Both the position numbers and the translations under genes were made by a program. A stretch of 64,000 nucleotides of DNA from Anaeromyxobacteraceae bacterium (GTDB taxonomy: Bacteria; Myxococcota; Myxococcia; Myxococcales; Anaeromyxobacteraceae): contig JAULAX010000015.1 in the NCBI GenBank assembly GCA_032654565.1, positions 544,001 to 608,000 of the forward strand, given 5' to 3'. The notes beneath the pieces were generated by a model that was not told the origin of the DNA, searched no databases, and saw only the letters and a list, made by a program, of their open reading frames with translations. Below are positions 23,726 through 33,711 of the stretch, in pieces (position 1 is the stretch's first letter; each line of letters begins with the position of its first letter).

Positions 23726-25483
23726 GTGATCGACAAGAAGGTCGACAGCTTCGTCCAGTCGCTCTGCATGGGTCGCATCGAGGAGGAGATCATCTTCCCC
23801 TACCCGACCATGAAGACCGGCGAGCGCGAGATGGTCGAGCAGGTGACCGCCAGCATCGACCAGCTGCTCGCCGGCAAGGAGAAGTCCTTCCGCGCCTGGG
23901 ACGTCAAGGGCGAGATGCCCCCCGAGTTCATCGAGGAGCTCAAGGCCTTCGGCCTCTTCGGCCTCATCGTCCCCGAGGCCCACGGCGGGCTCGGCTTCGG
24001 CTCGGCCGCCTACTCGCGGGTGCTGCAGCAGGTGGCCACCCACGACGGCTCGGTGGCCCTCACCATCGGCGCCCACAGCTCCATCGGCATGCGCGGCCTG
24101 CTGCTCTTCGGCACCGAGGCGCAGAAGGCCACCTGGATGCCGCGGCTGGCCAGCGGCGAGCTGATCGCCGCCTTCTGCCTCACCGAGCCGGGCGCCGGCT
24201 CCGACGCCGCCTCGATCCGCACCAACGCCAGGCGCGAGGGGGACCGCTGGATCCTCAACGGCGAGAAGCTCTGGATCACCAACGGCGGCATCGCCGGCTT
24301 CTACACCGTCTTCGCCAAGACCCCATCGGGCAACGGCGACGGCAAGGCCCACATGACCGCCTTCATCGTCCCCCGCGACCTGCCCGGCGTCTCGGTCGGC
24401 CCGCACGAGGACAAGATGGGCATCCGCGCCTCCAACACCACCACCGTGCACTTCGAGGACGTCGCGCTCACCGACCAGCACGTGCTCGGCGAGGTGGGGC
24501 AGGGCTTCAAGGCGGCCATGAAGATCCTCAACGCCGGCCGCTCCGGCCTCGGCGGCGGCTGCGTCGGCGGGATGCGCACCCTGATCAAGATGGCCGCCAC
24601 CCAGGCCAAGGAGCGGCGCCAGTTCGGCCGGCCCATCGCCGAGTTCGGCCTGGTCAAGCAGAAGCTGGGCGAGATGGTGGTGGACGCCTACGCCACCGAG
24701 AGCGTGGTGGGGGTGGTGGCCGGCCTCTCCGACCAGGGCTACGAGGACTACGCCGTCGAGGCCGCCATCTCCAAGGTCTTCGCCACCGAGGCGCTCTGGC
24801 GCACCGCCGACGAGGCGCTGCAGGTGGCCGGCGGCAACGGCTACATGCGCGAGTTCCCCTACGAGCGCATCCTCCGCGACGTGCGCATCAACCGGATCTT
24901 CGAGGGGACCAACGAGATCCTGCGGCTCTTCATCGCCCTCACCGCCCTGAACCGGGTCGGCACCCAGCTCAAGGAGCTGGCCCACGGGCTCAAGGACGTG
25001 ATGAAGGACCCCATCAAGGGGTTCGGCGTGCTCTCCGACTACGCCCTCAAGCACGCCACCATCCGCACCGGCCTGGTCGGCGAGAGCCGCAGCTTCAGCA
25101 AGCTGCACCCGGCGCTGGCCGAGGTCGGCGACCACTACGAGGGGCTGGTGCGCGAGGTGGCCTGGGTGGCCGACCGCGAGCTGCGCCGCTACGGCAAGGA
25201 GATCATCGGCAAGCAGTTCGTCTCCAAGCGGATCGCCGACGTGCTCACCGACCTCTTCGTCACCGCCTGCATCCTCTCCCGGGTCACCACCGCGCTGGAG
25301 AAGAAGGGGGAGAAGGGGGCGGCCCGCGAGCTGGAGATCGCCCGGGTCTTCTCCCGCGCCGCGCGCAGCCGGATCCGCGGCAACCTGCACCGGGTCGACG
25401 CCAACGACGACGAGCTGGTGATGGCGCTGGCCGACGACGCCCTGGAGCGCGAGGGCTACGGCTGGGACCTGCTGACCAGCTGA
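23726..25483 (+). CDS. Acyl-CoA dehydrogenase (long, VLCAD/ACAD9-like)
   Basis: AFCLTEPGAGSDA, KLWITNG, KMGIRAS, RRQFGRPI, GGNGYM, RIFEGTNEI plus C-terminal extension. Confidence 0.93.
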   Translation: MIDKKVDSFVQSLCMGRIEEEIIFPYPTMKTGEREMVEQVTASIDQLLAGKEKSFRAWDVKGEMPPEFIEELKAFGLFGLIVPEAHGGLGFGSAAYSRVLQQVATHDGSVALTIGAHSSIGMRGLLLFGTEAQKATWMPRLASGELIAAFCLTEPGAGSDAASIRTNARREGDRWILNGEKLWITNGGIAGFYTVFAKTPSGNGDGKAHMTAFIVPRDLPGVSVGPHEDKMGIRASNTTTVHFEDVALTDQHVLGEVGQGFKAAMKILNAGRSGLGGGCVGGMRTLIKMAATQAKERRQFGRPIAEFGLVKQKLGEMVVDAYATESVVGVVAGLSDQGYEDYAVEAAISKVFATEALWRTADEALQVAGGNGYMREFPYERILRDVRINRIFEGTNEILRLFIALTALNRVGTQLKELAHGLKDVMKDPIKGFGVLSDYALKHATIRTGLVGESRSFSKLHPALAEVGDHYEGLVREVAWVADRELRRYGKEIIGKQFVSKRIADVLTDLFVTACILSRVTTALEKKGEKGAARELEIARVFSRAARSRIRGNLHRVDANDDELVMALADDALEREGYGWDLLTS

Positions 25484-25555
25484 CGGTCCGCCCGCGGCCC
25501 GGCCACCCGCGCCGGCCCGGGCCCGCTCGGGGCCGGTCGGCGCCGGTCGGGGGGC

Positions 25556-26812
25556 TCAGTGGCTGGCGTGCCAGGAGGCCAGCACCTTCGCCCAGGCGCC
25601 GGGGAGGTCGTGCGCCAGCGAGCGCAGCTCGGGGGTGAAGGTCCAGGCCAGGGAGCCGAACAGGGCGACGAAGCCGATCCAGAAGGCGGCCTCCCAGACC
25701 GGCAGCCAGGAGAGCGGCGTGGCGGGGGCCCGGCGCAGCGCAGCGCCAGCGGCGGCGATCGGGCGGCGCAGCAGCGCACCCAGGAGCATCAAGATGACCA
25801 GGCTGCCCCAGAGCGGCAGCCCCGGCGACCAGCCCAGGATCCGCCCGTTGGCGATCAGCAGCGCCGCGCAGACCCCCTCGGCGACGAGGAGCGCGGAACC
25901 CCAGAACGCCACCACCGGGACCATCAAGGCGGCCGCCACCTGCCGGGCGTAGCGCGCCGGGGGCGGGGCGGGCGGGACGGGTGGCGGCGCCGGCCAGGAG
26001 GGCGGCGGCGCGGTCGGCGGGATGGGCGGCGGCACCGACGACGAGTGCGGCGGTGGGATGGGCGGCGGACCCGCCGGCGGCGCGGTCGGAGCGGCCGCCC
26101 CCCAGGTTGCCCGCTGGTCCTGCCAGGCGCCGCGGGCGGCGCTCGCCGCCTCCCGGGCCTGGCGGCGGGCCTCCCGCGTGCCGCTGCTCCAGCTGGCCCG
26201 CCAGCGCGCCCAGGGCCCCTGCAGCTCCTGCTCCAGGGTGGCGTAGTGGCGCTTGGCCTCGTCCACCAGCGCCTGGGCGCTGAAGGGGAGCCCGCGCGCC
26301 GCGGCCCGCTCCTCGGGCGTGCCGGCCGCCGGCACCACGAAGACCAGCACCAGGTAGACCAGCAGCCAGGCGCCGTGGGTGAGCAGCGCCAGCACCACGA
26401 AGATGGCGCGGACCAGGTTGGCGTCGAGGCCGAAGTAGGCGCCCAGGCCGTTGCAGAGGCCGGCCAGCTTGCCCCCCTCCAGCACCCGGTAGAGCCGGCG
26501 CTCCCCGGCGGCGGGCGCGGCCCGGGGCGCGGCCGGGGCGTCGGGGCCGACCTCGGCCGGCGTGCCCACCGGCCCCATCTCGGCCAGCACCTGCGCCATC
26601 TCGGCGGCGGTGACCACCGACTTGTGCGGCCCCAGGTGGCGGGCGCACTTGTCGGCGATGGCCTGCTCCAGGTCCCCGAGGATCTCGTCGCGGTCGGGGT
26701 CGGCGCTGAGCTGCGCCGCGGCCCGGTCGAGGTAGGCGCGCAGCGCCAGGTACCCGGCCTCCTCGATGACGAAGGCGTTGCCGTGGAGGCTGGCGTGGAT
26801 GACCGGCTGCAT
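25556..26812 (-). CDS. PspC-domain membrane protein
   Basis: RRLYR...KLAGLCNGLGAYFGLDANLVR; N-terminal AYLDR..EILGDLEQAIA; Pro-rich linker. Confidence 0.85.
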   Translation of the reverse strand: MQPVIHASLHGNAFVIEEAGYLALRAYLDRAAAQLSADPDRDEILGDLEQAIADKCARHLGPHKSVVTAAEMAQVLAEMGPVGTPAEVGPDAPAAPRAAPAAGERRLYRVLEGGKLAGLCNGLGAYFGLDANLVRAIFVVLALLTHGAWLLVYLVLVFVVPAAGTPEERAAARGLPFSAQALVDEAKRHYATLEQELQGPWARWRASWSSGTREARRQAREAASAARGAWQDQRATWGAAAPTAPPAGPPPIPPPHSSSVPPPIPPTAPPPSWPAPPPVPPAPPPARYARQVAAALMVPVVAFWGSALLVAEGVCAALLIANGRILGWSPGLPLWGSLVILMLLGALLRRPIAAAGAALRRAPATPLSWLPVWEAAFWIGFVALFGSLAWTFTPELRSLAHDLPGAWAKVLASWHASH

Positions 26813-26814
26813 GG

Positions 26815-27141
26815 CTACTCTCCCATCCGATCCACGGTGGCGTGGAGCGTCTTCCAGTAGGCGTTGAGCTCACCGAGCCAGCTGCGTCCCTTGGCGGTGA
26901 GCCGGTAGTACTTGCGCGGCGGCCCGGCCTCCGACTCCACCCACTGGTAGTCGAGCAGCTCGGCGCGCCGCAGCTTGGAGAGGAGCGGGTAGAGCGTCCC
27001 CTCCTGGGTGGCGAACTCGGTGCCGCCCAGCTTCCCGAGGATGTCGGCGGCGTAGACCTTGTCGCCGGCCACGATCTTGAGGACCAGGTACTCGAGGAGT
27101 CCCTTGCGGATGGCGCTGAAGCGGTCGAGGTCAGGCGGCAT
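26815..27141 (-). CDS. PadR family transcriptional regulator
   Basis: RKGLLEY, EGTLYPLLSKL, GPPRKYYRLT. Confidence 0.93.
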   Translation of the reverse strand: MPPDLDRFSAIRKGLLEYLVLKIVAGDKVYAADILGKLGGTEFATQEGTLYPLLSKLRRAELLDYQWVESEAGPPRKYYRLTAKGRSWLGELNAYWKTLHATVDRMGE

Positions 27142-27147
27142 GGCAGG

Positions 27148-27181
27148 TACCTTGCTAACGCAAGGTAGTGGGTGTTGTCAA
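27148..27181 (-). promoter_or_regulatory. padR promoter with overlapping palindromic operator
   Basis: TTGACA on the minus strand (27181-27176); perfect TACCTTGC-N4-GCAAGGTA at 27148-27167. Confidence 0.75.
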
Positions 27182-27311
27182 GCTTGCGGTGGCCGCGGAG
27201 GCGGTCAGAATCGGTTGACGCCCCCCGGGGCCCGGTTAGACCCATCCCATCGCATCACCCCGGGCGACACCGACCCGGGGCCACGGCAACGTCACCCGAG
27301 GGCAGACCACC

Positions 27312-27836
27312 ATGGCCGCCAAGCTGGACTTCGCCACGCTCGACCTGCAGGACGCGCTCGACCTCGCCATCCTCATCGAGGAGGAGGCCAGGGAGCGATA
27401 CCTTCAGTTCCAGAAGCTGGTGGGTGGCCGCTACCGCGGCGACGCCGCCGACGTCTTCCGGCTCATGGCCGAGAACGAGGGGAAGCACCACGCCGACCTG
27501 GTGGCGAGGCGCGCCCAGCTCTTCCCCAAGGCGGCCTCGCGGGTGGACCGCTCCTGGTTCGAGGACGTCGAGGCGCCCGACCGCGGCAAGCCGCGCGCCT
27601 TCATGGGGCCGCGGCAGGCCCTGCAGGTGGCGCTGGAGTCGGAGGAGAAGGCCCACGACTTCTTCGCCGCCGCCATCCCCGGCCTCAAGGACCCCAAGGC
27701 CAAGGCGCTCTTCACCGAGCTCAAGGCCGAGGAGCTGCAGCACAAGGCCTACATCCTCAAGGTGCTGGGCACCCTGCCGCCCGGCCCCGACGTCGAGGAG
27801 GGCGAGGCCGACGAGCCCGGCTCGGACGGCGGGTAG
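27312..27836 (+). CDS. Rubrerythrin/ferritin-like protein
   Basis: Two E..ExxH-type halves: AILIEEEA..Y...ENEGKH and ALESEEKA...AEELQH. Confidence 0.85.
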   Translation: MAAKLDFATLDLQDALDLAILIEEEARERYLQFQKLVGGRYRGDAADVFRLMAENEGKHHADLVARRAQLFPKAASRVDRSWFEDVEAPDRGKPRAFMGPRQALQVALESEEKAHDFFAAAIPGLKDPKAKALFTELKAEELQHKAYILKVLGTLPPGPDVEEGEADEPGSDGG

Positions 27837-27932
27837 GCCGGCCGCCGGGTCGCACCACCCGGTCCGCAGCTCACCGACCCCACCACCCCGACCGCAGCGC
27901 CCGGCCGCGCCGCTCACGCCACCGCCGCGCCG

Positions 27933-28865
27933 TCAGCCCCGCTTCAGCTTCCAGAGCCGGATCAGGAGCCGATCCCGGGCCCGGATCCGCTCGGCCAGCG
28001 GCTCGGGGTCGTGCCGGAACAGCCCGCGCCCGGTCTTGGCCCCCAGCTCGCCGCGGGCCACCCGCTCGCGGATGGCCGCCGGCGCCCGCTCGGCGCGCGA
28101 CAGCTCCGGCGCCAGGTTGTCGAGCACCGCCTGCCAGGTGTCGAGCCCGCCCAGGTCCGCCGCCTCGATGGGCCCGACGAAGGGCCAGCGGAAGCCCGGC
28201 CCGTCGGTCACCACCGCGTCGATCTCCTCGGCGCTGGCCACCCCCAGCTCGACCAGGTGGAAGGCCTCGCGGACCACCGCCGCCTGCAGCCGGTTGGCCA
28301 CGAACCCCGGCACCTCGCGGCGCAGCAGCACCGGCCGCTTGCCGACGTGGCGCAGGGCGGCCAGCACCCGCTCCACCACCGCCGGCGCCATCAGCGGGTG
28401 CGGCACCACCTCGACCAGCGGGATGAGCTGGGCCGGGTTGAAGAAGTGGACGATGACCATCCGCTCCGGTCGCCGGGCCCGCGCCGCCAGCCGGCTGACC
28501 GGGAGGGTGGAGGTGTTGGAGGCCAGCAGCGTGTCGTCGCCCACCGCCCGCTCGATCCGCTCGTACAGCGCCAGCTTCGCCTCCAGCCGCTCGGGGATGC
28601 ACTCCACCACCAGGGTGGCCCCGGCCAGCGCCGCCTCCAGGCTGGTGGTGGGCCGGACCCGGGCCCGCGCCGCCGCCGCCTCCCAGGGGGAGAGCACCTC
28701 CTCCTCGACCAGCAGCGCCAGCGACTCCTCCAGCGCCGCCAGCCCGGCGGCCAGCCGCGGCCCCTCGGCGTCGTGCAGCCGCACCGCCGCGCCGCCCTGG
28801 GCGAAGAGCTGGGCGATGCCGTGCCCCATCACCCCGGCGCCGATCACCGCCACCGCCTGCTCCAT
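27933..28865 (-). CDS. 3-hydroxyacyl-CoA dehydrogenase family protein
   Basis: VIGAGVMGHGIA, ECIPE, ASNTST, HFFNP, PGFVANRLQ. Confidence 0.92.
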   Translation of the reverse strand: MEQAVAVIGAGVMGHGIAQLFAQGGAAVRLHDAEGPRLAAGLAALEESLALLVEEEVLSPWEAAAARARVRPTTSLEAALAGATLVVECIPERLEAKLALYERIERAVGDDTLLASNTSTLPVSRLAARARRPERMVIVHFFNPAQLIPLVEVVPHPLMAPAVVERVLAALRHVGKRPVLLRREVPGFVANRLQAAVVREAFHLVELGVASAEEIDAVVTDGPGFRWPFVGPIEAADLGGLDTWQAVLDNLAPELSRAERAPAAIRERVARGELGAKTGRGLFRHDPEPLAERIRARDRLLIRLWKLKRG

Positions 28866-28910
28866 GGCCGGCCTCCCCCTCGGGCCGCGTCCCCGGCCCC
28901 GGGGGCCAAC

Positions 28911-29951
28911 CTACCGCAGCGAGGCGTTGATGGCGTCGAGGACCGCCCGCGAAGGGCGCACCCGGGCCTCGGGCAGCGTGGCCAGCGGGGCCTCGACCAG
29001 GCCGAGCCGGGCGTTGAGGTCCGGGGCCCGGGGGTCGAGGAAGAGCAGGCCGGTGAGCACGTCGCCGCCGCTCTCCGAGGCCATCAGCCGGGCCATGGCC
29101 CGGGCCCGGTCGGAGGGATCGTAGTCGGCCTCCAGCTTCTTGAGCCGCAGGCGCGAGCCGTCGTGCAGCGTCACCTCCCGGGTGGTGCCGGGGTCGTAGT
29201 CGATCGCGATCTCCTCGAAGGAGGGGACGAAGGAGAGCTCCTGCACCGGCAGGTCGTGCTCCTTGAGCCAGGCGTAGCTCTTGGTGGAGCCCTCGTGGTC
29301 GTTGAAGGTGACGCACGGGCTGATGACGTCGAGCAGGGCGGTGCCGCCGTGGGCCACCGCCGCCTTGAGCAGCGCCGAGAGCTGCTTCTTGTCGCCGGAG
29401 AAGGAGCGGCCCACGAAGCTGGCCCCCAGCTGGATGGCCAGGGCGCAGACGTCGATGGCCGGGAGGTCGGCGACCGCCCCCGACTTGAGCGTCGAGCCGA
29501 GGTCGGCGGTGGCGGAGAACTGCCCCTTGGTGAGGCCGTAGACGCCGTTGTTCTCCACCACGTAGACCATGGCCACGTTGCGCCGCAGCAGGTTGATGAA
29601 CTGGCCGATGCCGATGGAGGCGGTGTCGCCGTCGCCGGAGACGCCGAGGCCGTGCAGGGTGCGGTTGGCCATCAGCGCCCCGGTGGCCACCGAGGGCATG
29701 CGGCCGTGCACGGTGTTGAAGCTGTGCGACCGGCTCATGAAGTAGGCCGGGGTCTTCGAGGAGCAGCCGATGCCGGAGAACTTGGCCACCTGCTCGGGGG
29801 CGATGCCCAGCTCGAAGTAGGCGTCGAGGATCCGCTCGGAGATGGCGTTGTGACCGCAGCCGGCGCAGAGGGTGGTCTTGCCGCCCTTGTACTCGACGAC
29901 GGCGAGGCCGAGCCGGTTGGTGCGCGGGGCGGCGGCGGTGGGGGTGGCCAT
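28911..29951 (-). CDS. 2-oxoacid:ferredoxin oxidoreductase beta subunit
   Basis: LCAGCGH, SGIGCSSK, HGRMP, GDGD, NNGVYGLTKGQ, SPCVTFN. Confidence 0.93.
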   Translation of the reverse strand: MATPTAAAPRTNRLGLAVVEYKGGKTTLCAGCGHNAISERILDAYFELGIAPEQVAKFSGIGCSSKTPAYFMSRSHSFNTVHGRMPSVATGALMANRTLHGLGVSGDGDTASIGIGQFINLLRRNVAMVYVVENNGVYGLTKGQFSATADLGSTLKSGAVADLPAIDVCALAIQLGASFVGRSFSGDKKQLSALLKAAVAHGGTALLDVISPCVTFNDHEGSTKSYAWLKEHDLPVQELSFVPSFEEIAIDYDPGTTREVTLHDGSRLRLKKLEADYDPSDRARAMARLMASESGGDVLTGLLFLDPRAPDLNARLGLVEAPLATLPEARVRPSRAVLDAINASLR

Positions 29952-29952
29952 G

Positions 29953-31782
29953 TCAGCGCCCCTCCTGGGCGAGGACTTCCTCGGTGACGCTGCGGGCGTC
30001 GAGCGGCATCCCGGTGAGGTGGGCCACCGAGCGCAGCCGCCCCACCAGCGACGGGTCGAGGTCGAGCGTGAGCAGCGAGAGCAGCTGGGCGTCGCGATCC
30101 TGCTCGACCACGTAGACCCGGTCGTGGGCGGCCACGAAGTCGCGGACCGCGGCGGCGAAGGGCCAGGCCCGCACCCGCAGGTAGTCGGCCGGGAGCCCGG
30201 CCTCGGCGTGGAGCTGGGCCAGGGCCTCGCGCACCGCCGGGTCGGAGGAGCCGTGGGCCAGCAGGCCGATCCGGGCGCCGGCGCCGGTGACCACCGGCGG
30301 GGGGAGCGCGGCCCGGGCCCCCTCGAACTTGCGGCGCAGCCGCGCCATGTTCTTCTGGTAGACGTCGGAGCGCTCGCTGTAGCCGGCCTGCTCGTCGTGG
30401 CCGGTGCCGCGGGTGAAGTAGGCGGCCTTCGGGTGGTCGGTGCCCGGCAGCGTCCGCCAGCCGATGCCGTCGCCGTCGACGTCCTTGTAGCGGGCGAAGC
30501 CGCCCAGCCGCTCCAGGTCGGCCTTCCCGAGCACCTTGCCGCGGTCCAGCGGCGTCTCCGGGTAGGGGAGCGGGTCGGCCATCCAGTTGTTCATGCCGAG
30601 GTCGAGGTCGGAGAGGACGAAGACCGGGGTCTGGAACCGCTCGGCGAGATCGAAGGCCTGGCCGGTCATGGTGAAGCACTCCTCCACCGAGCCGGGGAAG
30701 AGCAGCAGCTGCTGGGTGTCGCCGTGGGAGAGGAAGGCGGTGGAGAGCAGGTCGCCCTGCGAGGTCCGGGTGGGCAGGCCGGTGGACGGCCCCACCCGCT
30801 GCACGTTGACGATCACCGCCGGCACCTCGGCGAAGTAGCCGAGGCCGGCGAACTCGGCCATCAGCGAGACGCCCGGGCCGCTGGTGGCGGTCATGGCCCG
30901 GGCCCCGGCCCAGCCGGCGCCGATCACCATGCCGATGGCGGCCAGCTCGTCCTCGGCCTGCAGCACCGCGAAGGTGGCCTGGCCGTCGGCGGTGCGCCGG
31001 TGCTCCTCGAGGTAGCCGTGCAGCGACTCCACCACCGAGGTGGAGGGGGTGATGGGGTACCAGGTCACCACGGTGACGCCGGCGAAGAGGGCCCCCAGCG
31101 CCGCGGCGGCGTTGCCGTCGATGATGATCTTGCCGCGGGTGGCGTCCATGCGCTCCACCCGGTAGGGGTCGCGCTTCTCGACGCCGGCGGCGTGGGCCAG
31201 CCCGGCCTGGATGGCGCGCAGGTTGAGCGCCAGCGCCTTGGGCTTGGCGCCGAAGACCCGCCCCAGGGCCGCCTCCACCTCGGCGACCTCGAGGCCGAGC
31301 AGGCCGGCCAGGACGCCGACGTAGACCATGTTGCGCAGCAGCTTGCGCAGCCGGGCGTCGGCGCTGACCGGCGCCACCAGGTCGTCGAAGGGGACCGGGT
31401 AGAAGGCCAGGTCGGAGCGCAGCGACTCCAGCTCCAGCGGGGCGTCGTAGACCACCACCGCGCCCGGCCGCAGCCCGGCGACGTCGTCGCGGGCGGTCTC
31501 GCCGTTCATGGCCACCAGCACGTCGACGTCGCGCTGGCGCGCCACCCACCCATGGCGGGAGACGCGGATGGTGTACCAGGTGGGAAGCCCGGCGATGTTG
31601 GAGGGGAAGAGGTTCTTCCCCGAGACCGGGATGCCCATCTGGAAGAGGGTCCGCAGCAGCACGGTGTTGGCGCTCTGCGAGCCCGAGCCGTTGACGGTGG
31701 CGACCTGGATGGAGAAGTCGTTGGTGACGGCGCGCGCGCGCGGTGCCACCCGGCGCGTCGCCTCGAGCTCTGCGGTGGTCAT
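29953..31782 (-). CDS. 2-oxoacid:acceptor oxidoreductase alpha subunit
   Basis: NGSGSQSAN, YPITPSTS, QAEDELAA, TSGPG, QRVGPSTGLPT; ATG 31782 preferred. Confidence 0.93.
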   Translation of the reverse strand: MTTAELEATRRVAPRARAVTNDFSIQVATVNGSGSQSANTVLLRTLFQMGIPVSGKNLFPSNIAGLPTWYTIRVSRHGWVARQRDVDVLVAMNGETARDDVAGLRPGAVVVYDAPLELESLRSDLAFYPVPFDDLVAPVSADARLRKLLRNMVYVGVLAGLLGLEVAEVEAALGRVFGAKPKALALNLRAIQAGLAHAAGVEKRDPYRVERMDATRGKIIIDGNAAAALGALFAGVTVVTWYPITPSTSVVESLHGYLEEHRRTADGQATFAVLQAEDELAAIGMVIGAGWAGARAMTATSGPGVSLMAEFAGLGYFAEVPAVIVNVQRVGPSTGLPTRTSQGDLLSTAFLSHGDTQQLLLFPGSVEECFTMTGQAFDLAERFQTPVFVLSDLDLGMNNWMADPLPYPETPLDRGKVLGKADLERLGGFARYKDVDGDGIGWRTLPGTDHPKAAYFTRGTGHDEQAGYSERSDVYQKNMARLRRKFEGARAALPPPVVTGAGARIGLLAHGSSDPAVREALAQLHAEAGLPADYLRVRAWPFAAAVRDFVAAHDRVYVVEQDRDAQLLSLLTLDLDPSLVGRLRSVAHLTGMPLDARSVTEEVLAQEGR

Positions 31783-31963
31783 GACGACGGGGTCCACTTT
31801 CCGGGACGGGACGGAGCCGCGTCGCCGCCGGAGAGTTAGCCGGGAGCGCCCCCGATTGCCCCTCACACGGGCGCAGAGCGTTCGTTGACCCCCGCGAGGG
31901 GCGTGCCGGCCGCCGCTCCGGTCCACGAAATTCCGGCCGGCGATCCGCGTAGGGAAGGGGGAG

Positions 31964-32170
31964 ATGGCCACCTTCCTGCTCTGGATCATCCTCTTCGTCG
32001 TCTGCTGGCCGCTGGCCCTGCTGGCGCTGCTCCTCTACCCGCTGGCCTGGCTGCTGCTGCTGCCCTTCAGGATCCTCGGGATCGCGGTGGACGGCGTGCT
32101 GGGGCTGCTCAAGGCGGTGTTCTTCCTCCCCGCCCGCCTGCTGGGCGGGCCGGGGCGCCTGCACGGCTGA
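31964..32170 (+). CDS. Small hydrophobic membrane protein (68 aa)
   Basis: GGAG RBS, host-like codon bias, CWPLALLALLLYP..LLLPFR. Confidence 0.75.
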   Translation: MATFLLWIILFVVCWPLALLALLLYPLAWLLLLPFRILGIAVDGVLGLLKAVFFLPARLLGGPGRLHG

Positions 32171-32199
32171 TCCCGGCCACCCGGCAGGCCGGCCCGGCG

Positions 32200-33657
32200 C
32201 TACCGGGCCAGCTCGAACAGGTAGTCGACGAAGGAGCGCACCGCGTCGTCGTAGCCGCGCAGCTTCGGGTTGGCGCTCTCGATCAGGTAGTACTCGTCCG
32301 GCGCGTGGGCGCCGGAGCCGTGGCCGAGCCCGAAGTGGCCGGAGGCCAGCGAGAGCGGCTTCCCGGTGAAGACCCAGCCCGGGTAGGAGCCGGCGGTGCG
32401 GGGCCAGAGCGGCGCCTCGATGCCGTACAGGCGATAGGTGGCCACCTGCTTCTGGATGAGCGGGGCGCTGGCGGGGGTCTGCGTCGGGTCGTAGCCGCCG
32501 CTGGGGTTGACCTCGATGTCGCCGAACCCGCGCTTCGCCAGGTGGGTCCGCAGCGCCGCCACCGCCGCGTCGAAGGTCATGTCCGGCACCAGCCGCAGGT
32601 CGAGCTTGGCCACCGCCCGATGCGGCAGCACCGTCATGCCCCCCGGCCCGGTGTGGCCGCCCACCAGCCCCTCGATGTTGACGGTCGGCCGGGAGACCAG
32701 GGCGGCCAGGGCGTCGCGCCAGGAGGCGTCGTGGGCCCAGCGCCTCACCCCGAGGAGCCGCTTGGCGTCCTCCTCGCTCCCTCGGGCCGCCCCCTCCTCC
32801 ACCATGCGGGCCTCCTCGGCGGAGAGCGGACGGGCCTTGTCGGCGAAGCCGTCGATGGCGGGGTCACCGTCGGCCGTGACCAGGGTGGCCAGCGCCTGCA
32901 CCAGGTGGAAGGCCGGGCTGTCGAGCCGGGCCCGGTTGGCGGAGTGGACGTCCCTGGAGGCGCCGCGCCCCCAGCGCTCGCCGCTGGCGACCAGCTCCAG
33001 CTCGACGACGCCCTTGGCGCCCAGCGCCACCGACACCGTCCCGTCGAGCCCCTGCGACGCCGACGGCATGAAGACCCCCATGGCCTTCGCCAGGGCGGCC
33101 TGGACCTCGGGTCGGCGGACCACCTGGGCGAAGTGGGGCGAGCCGATCTCCTCCTCGCCCTCGGCCACCAGCACCAGGTTGACCGGGAGCTTCCTCCCGG
33201 CGCCGCGGATGGCGTGGAGCGCGGCCAGGAACGCCGACTGCGGCCCCTTCTGGTTCACCGCGCCGCGGCCCACCATCACCTTGCCCAGGCCGGGGCGGTC
33301 CACCAGCCGGGCCTCGAGCGGCGGCGAGCTCCACTCGGCCGGGTTGAACTGCTTCACGTCGTACATGAAGTAGAGCCCCACCCAGACCGCCGCGCCGGCG
33401 TCGAGCGTGGCGAAGACGCCCGGCTTCCCGTCGGTCGGCACCCGCTCCACCCGCTGGAAGCCGGCCTCGCGCAGCAGCCCCATCATGTGCTGGACGCCCG
33501 GCTCTGAGTTGAGCCCCTCGGCGGCGATGCTGGGGAGCGCGATCCAGCGCTGCAGGCGGGTCACCGCCTCGTCGTGCCGGCTGGTGATCTGGTCGTAGAC
33601 CGGCTGCAGGCCGGGGGCGGGAGCGCAGAGGAGCGAGGCCAGCAGGAGCGGGATCAT
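32200..33657 (-). CDS. Secreted M20/M25/M40 family metallopeptidase
   Basis: Signal peptide, MYDVKQ, GRGAVNQKG, EGEEEIGS, AHAPDEY. Confidence 0.88.
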   Translation of the reverse strand: MIPLLLASLLCAPAPGLQPVYDQITSRHDEAVTRLQRWIALPSIAAEGLNSEPGVQHMMGLLREAGFQRVERVPTDGKPGVFATLDAGAAVWVGLYFMYDVKQFNPAEWSSPPLEARLVDRPGLGKVMVGRGAVNQKGPQSAFLAALHAIRGAGRKLPVNLVLVAEGEEEIGSPHFAQVVRRPEVQAALAKAMGVFMPSASQGLDGTVSVALGAKGVVELELVASGERWGRGASRDVHSANRARLDSPAFHLVQALATLVTADGDPAIDGFADKARPLSAEEARMVEEGAARGSEEDAKRLLGVRRWAHDASWRDALAALVSRPTVNIEGLVGGHTGPGGMTVLPHRAVAKLDLRLVPDMTFDAAVAALRTHLAKRGFGDIEVNPSGGYDPTQTPASAPLIQKQVATYRLYGIEAPLWPRTAGSYPGWVFTGKPLSLASGHFGLGHGSGAHAPDEYYLIESANPKLRGYDDAVRSFVDYLFELAR

Positions 33658-33711
33658 CGGGTCACCTCGGGTGAAGCGGGAGCTGAAGGCGAGGCCATGG
33701 AGCCGCGCCCC

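Noticed and set aside
21767..25390. 1207-aa ORF suggesting a giant fusion ending in the CHI-like domain
   Set aside because: Only the last 191 codons look real; the rest overlaps the Cfa-family and acyl-CoA dehydrogenase genes in other frames.
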